A DNA stretch of 64,000 nt. It comes from Podarcis bocagei. Lineage: Eukaryota. Every line of letters starts with the position of its first letter. Position 1 is the first letter of the stretch. The notes below the pieces were generated by a model. It ran no database searches, was not told where the DNA came from, and was given only the letters and a program-made list of their open reading frames with translations. The stretch lies in assembly GCA_964188305.1 (NCBI GenBank), contig OZ076889.1. The stretch is one strand, 5' to 3'. Below, in pieces: positions 58,587 to 64,000 of the stretch. The position numbers were made by a program, and so were the translations under genes.

Positions 58587-60770
58587 AATATTACATTTTG
58601 AGGAAATTGCCTGAATAGGGAATGAGCATTTTCTACTTCTATTTTTAAAGTTTGTCCTCTAATTGCCAACTAGTTTGCAATCATATGGGTATGACTGCAG
58701 GAATACAAATCCTGAAAAGTAAAATCATGAGGTTGAACTGAAAGGTTCTGTTTCATGAATGAAATGACTTCTTTCAATCACTGATGACTATTTCCATGGA
58801 TGGGCAGTCCCTTTAATGAGTGGAATGGAACCTTTGGATTTAGCCCAATGTTTTATTTCAAGAATTGGTTGAATTATGAAAGTAGTATGTAGATGAATTG
58901 GTAACCGTACATAAATATTGAAAAATCCTAGCATTGCTTTTGTTGATGTTAACTTCAATTAAACTGGTGGTTTTTAGTCCTCTCTCACTTAATGGTTTTG
59001 AACGCTTCATTTCACTTTGAAGTGGGATTGTTAGGATACTTCTGCAAATACTCTAGAAAATACATCAGGGTACTAGGAAACTCTTGTAGATGTGTTTCTT
59101 CAGATTGTTATGCAGATGGTGTTTGAAATCCCATCTGATTCATATCCTGTATACTGTTTAAAAATTAAAAAATAGTGCACTAGTAAATCTTTTTTAAAAT
59201 GAGAGGATATATTTGTCTGAAGTTTTTAAAATTGCAGCTGATCTTGCTAAAACTACTCAAAGCTTAATATTTATATTTGGTGTTTATATACTGTCCAATT
59301 AATCATGTTCTCTGGTCAGTGGCTATATTGACACTTTAACACCTCAGTATACATATCAGATATTGGAAAATTCAAGTGATGTTATTGTAGGGGTTTTCTT
59401 AGTGGTGTACAAGCTGAAATTAATTTGGGAGCTTGTGTTAAAGTTTTGATGAGAAGACAATTTTTTCCTGGAAAATTCTGCAAGATGGATTGGATCCTAG
59501 AAACCACTTACAGAATGTGCTGTCTCACCCACTCCAGGATCAGAGGATCTTTATGTATATGGAGTAGGGAGTTATAAGACACCACAGAACCCACCTTGCA
59601 TTAACAGAAATTCTTCCCATACTAGAGTCCCCTTTTATTCCAACTCAATGAGTAGAACAAACAGCTAAATTTTGCTTATTTTATCTAAAAACTTCACAGT
59701 GCAATCTTATGCCTATTTACTCAGAAGTCAGTCCCATTGAGTTCAATGGGACTTATTCTTAGGTAATTATGTATAAGATTATATTTGCAGTATGATTTCC
59801 AGTGTACAACAGATTGTCACCCTCATTGGAGTAGCTAAATAATATTTGTTTAGAGATGAAAGGCCAGAGAAATAAAAGCAATATGTCTTTCAGATTCCAG
59901 TTAGATTTGTCTTTAATATTGGAGGTCCCAGTGGCATCTGTTAAATGAAACACATTTCACCAGTTTCACCTAGTGTGCCTGCTGCAGTGCCTCCTGGGCA
60001 TAATTCGCCTTTCTACAGATCTTTGCTGTTAACATCCACACTCCATAGTGTTGTATGTAGGGTGTCCAAACTTCACTTGAAATAGCTGCTTGGAACTTAT
60101 CCTGCCATTATATATTATGTTTTAATCTTAATTCAGTTGGTTGGATCCTGAGAGAAAATGAGTGGAACTCTGCTCACACAATGGGGTTTTCTTGGCTCAT
60201 CTTCCACACATCAATCTTCTGTGCCTCCTGAAAAGCTGTTCCTGAAGGTCAAGGGTCCTTTTGAACTCTGTATGATGGGGCATGTGACTGCAGCAGGAAA
60301 TGGGTACAGCTTGAGAGGGCTGCCTTGTACAAATGGAAGTGCCTTTCTGCTTTTAGGAAATATCTTTGGATCCAAGGCATTGAGTACAAGTAAAGTACTG
60401 GTCTTGATTGAAAGTTCAGAATTGGGGCTTCTGAAGGGTGTCTGATTCTGTGAGAATGTCTAAATTCCTTGAGATCTTTAGAGAACCTACTGTGGGTGCC
60501 CCTGCTTTTGGAGATTCAGTGGATGACTAATGGGGATAGGGTGCTGTGAGTGGTGATGTCCAATTGATTGAATAAATTGATAGAACCACTTAGCTAGCCC
60601 CTAACTTTGCTAGCCTTTAGCTAACATTGGGGAGCATTAGATGGATTTAATTATATTTTTTGCTCTGCTAACGTTATTTAAGGAGCAGTATTGTAGAAGG
60701 CATAGTGAGTCTTGTTTCTCAACATGTAGCTGATGTTCTCTAAGAGTATGAAATTAATATACTTCTATAT

Positions 60771-61018
60771 GAACCAATGGCTTCAAGTTACAAGAAAGGA
60801 GATTCCAACTAAACATCAGGAAAAACCTCACAGTAAGAGCTGTTCGACGGTGGAACGGTCTCCCTCGGGAGGTTGTGGACCCTCCTTCCTTGGAGGTTTT
60901 TAAGCAAAGGTTGGGTGGCCATCTGCTATGGATGCTTTAACTGAGATTCCTGCATTGCAGGAGGTTGGACTAGATGACCCTTGGGGTACCTTCCAACTGT
61001 ACAATTCTATGATTCTAT
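60771..61018 (+). mobile_element. CR1 LINE 3' fragment
   Basis: CAATGGCTTCAAGTTACAAGAAAGGAGATTC...TTGGAGGTTTTTAAGC...GGTTGGACTAGATGACC...ATTCTATGATTCTAT. Confidence 0.85.
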
Positions 61019-64000
61019 AATCCAGTTTTCTAGATTTTGATTAGAATTTTATAAACTGCCTTTCTGCTTTAGAGTATTTGAAGCAGTGTTCAGGAAAAAC
61101 ACCTAATAGTACACTGCCAGAGTATACAGCACTTTATTAAATCAAATACCACACAGTTATTCACCATGAGGAGGCTACTTACTAAATTCTAACTACGAGA
61201 AAGAAGAAAAACATATAGAAGAGAGATAAAGGTGGAAGGAATAATTTTTGTGTTCAGCTGCATACATTTAGGCATTTTGTCTTTGGGTGAGAAGCCTTTA
61301 TGGAAGATAGATGTTTTGAGATGTGATGCAATATTGATTTATAAAGAGGAGCAAACAGTAGAGCCATTTAAGTGAGCAGTGGCTTTTGGGAAGCAGAGGA
61401 CACCAAACATGATGGTGCCCATTATTATGACACTTCACTGTAAACACAACTATTTATAATGACTTAAAATAATTTCTCTTAGAAGACGCTATTGTGTTAA
61501 AACCAAGGACTCCCATTTAAAAATATATATATATCAGATATTGTGTTAGAAAATAAAGCTACCACTTGGTGATTCAGTTAAGGAAACCTATGCAAATAAG
61601 CAGGTTTCCTTGTATTTTTTATTTAACCAGATTTCTATTTTATTTAATTGTAAGCACCTCTAAGAAGTTTACATAAAATATATAATATTACAACAAAGAA
61701 TAAATAAATACTGCCTCAACAAAGAAGTTTTTAGCAGGCACCAAAAATAGTACAGCAAAGGCACCTGTATAATGCCGAAAGGAATTGCGTTCCAGAGGAG
61801 GTGTGGCATTAACAGCATTGTAGGCAGTATTGAGTTCAGTACACTAAATAGGGGTCAGCAGCTGGAAGTGCTTGTGCCAAATTCATCCAGCCAGCAACAC
61901 AGAGGCAGAAGAGATGTTGAGGCTGCTGTGGCATCAGCTTGCTGGCAGGCCACTTTTTTGGGACTGCATGTGGGATTTTGGCAAATAAGCACCCACTCAT
62001 TAAAGTGAGAGGAAATTCAGTGAGAGGAAAACACTGCTGACTAGCAGCATACAGAAATTTGTTTTTGATCTGTTGTTGGTCTGCCGGTGCATAAGACAGT
62101 CCTTACACTGCATAAGTGATTGATTGTAAAGAGCATATGGAAGGGACACTGCCAGATTTCTGAAATTGTGATAATTTCTCGTAGTGAAAAATGCTTTGTT
62201 TTGGTGTTTCTATTCTACATAGCATGGTTACTTGTGCAAGGAACTTGGCTTTGTGTTTGTATTTTTTTTAAAGCAAAATTCTGCATGAAAAGAAGAAAAT
62301 TCCTGCAGCCTGTCTAAATTACACAACTTAATTTTGCTTGCTTCTGCTTCTCCTTATTTATTGCCCATGCACTTAATCTCTGTCCATGATACCTAGAGAC
62401 TTGGACTTTGTATTCAAAGTTTTCATGTAAATCATGGTTTTATGTATTTATGCAGACTTGTATACAGGCAGCTTTATTATTTTATTTGTTGTGTGTGTGG
62501 CCAAGGACATATGTCTCTCCCAGTATATCTTCACAGCTGCCTTTATGAAGAATAGTGACTGTCCAAGGATTTACACAGTGCTCTTCATGGCTTAGTGGGG
62601 ATTTGAATGTGGGTCTCTCCTAGGTCCAACAAAATTCTGTTGTAGCTTAGGTGTGTGTGCACAACTGTCCCCTGTTGTAACTATTATTTTTGGTGCAAGA
62701 CTTAAGTTCTAATTGGTGGCAATAAAGTTTATTGCAAAATGTGCCTGAGCATATGAAAAGTGATAGGTTGCAGGTACTCAAGCTACAATTGCAGCAATTG
62801 AGAACTTTTTCGGGCAGCCTTTCTTTTGATTTCAGGTCCTTTCTGCGGATTTTGAGATTTGTAGGTTAGCTAGCTTTGGCCTTTGCAGTACAGTGTTTGG
62901 TGAAATAGTTACTTGCAACAAGTTTAGAAAATTATTGCTTTTCCTTTCTTCTGACATGTACTTCTTTTACTCAGAACAAGTTTAAATGTATTCAGCACTT
63001 AGATGGTTTAGCTCACAAGTTTATTAATACATGGGCCTTCCACCAAAAACCGAATGTGTCATATGTGAGAGACAGATATTTTTGTGCTAAAATTGGTTAC
63101 TATGGTGCAGCAGAACATTAGTTTGCAGGTTCAATATGAGGTTTGTGCTCTACCTTTTAAACCATGATTTGCTGAATGATCCTCTTAAACTTGTTTAGGT
63201 GTAGTTAACAGATAGTTCTCAAATACATATAGATTAATTCCAGAGTAGTTGTTCCCAAACTTTTTTTCCCCATGGGCCACTTGAAAATTGGTTGGCAGAC
63301 CACTTAGTTATTTTTCTTCCTGTTGTAGCAATTGTCATGCACTTGCAAATGCTGTGTGATTTTTACTTGTATTTAATTGTATTACAACTTGTATTCCAGA
63401 GAATAAAATTGTAATACTATATGCGAAATGAAAAGATAAAATTCAAATGAATATTTATTGTGGACATGCTATGGATCACATGGGTGAAGCTTGCAGACCA
63501 CAGTTCAAAAACCCTTGCTATAGAATCTTGTTAAAGTTTCCAGAACAGTGAAACTTTGCATACAAGTAATGCAATGCTTAATTTAAGATGCATGCAGGGC
63601 CCTTGGGAGAACTATCCTTTTTTGGTTGGATTATTCAAACATTTTTTTCTTGCATTCTTTACTGTTAAGCTGTAGGTCTAGTGTTGTGTATTGGATCTGG
63701 TTATTACTATGGACAACATAATTAGAATCTAAACTTTGACTATAGAATACAAGAAAATCTGCTGTATAGATTGAAAACTTCCTTTAGCAAATCAGTGTTG
63801 TCAGTCATCCTTTGTCTGTTGGCTCTATCACTGGAAAATGGTGGTATTTTGACACTGGCCTATCAAGAATACGGTTGTGATGCTAAAGAATCCGGAGAAT
63901 AACATCACATTTAATATACATCACTTTAAGGTAGGTAAAACGTCTAGCTACATGGTTGATTGGCAGTCAGTGCATTTAATTTGCTTGGATTAGCTCTCAG

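Noticed and set aside
58600-64000. CPNE1 coding exons
   Set aside because: No copine C2-domain sequence recognised; region looks intronic.

Overview
Vertebrate nuclear DNA, almost certainly a squamate and probably a lacertid lizard (Sauria SINE, Squam3-like SINE, BovB, Penelope and hAT MITE repeats). It carries the conserved block seen at human 20q11.2: RBM39 (+, exon 4 to 3' end; start lies upstream of the window), ROMO1 (-, complete, 79 aa), NFS1 (+, complete, 13 coding exons, 441 aa) sharing a bidirectional CpG-island promoter with ROMO1, then the RBM12/CPNE1 CpG-island promoter, a non-coding exon and the single-exon RBM12 CDS (N-terminus hidden in a 179-N gap). No CPNE1 coding exon was recognised. 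Exon boundaries were read by hand from splice dinucleotides and frame continuity with remembered human proteins. I found no convincing new protein-coding system. The most unusual signals are RNA-level: a 90-bp Penelope-derived hairpin in NFS1 intron 3 holding two complementary-defective hammerhead-ribozyme motifs, a GC-AG intron in NFS1 with a perfect 50-bp MITE hairpin next to the donor, candidate poison exons in RBM39 intron 3, and absence of the acceptor that makes the long human RBM39 isoform.
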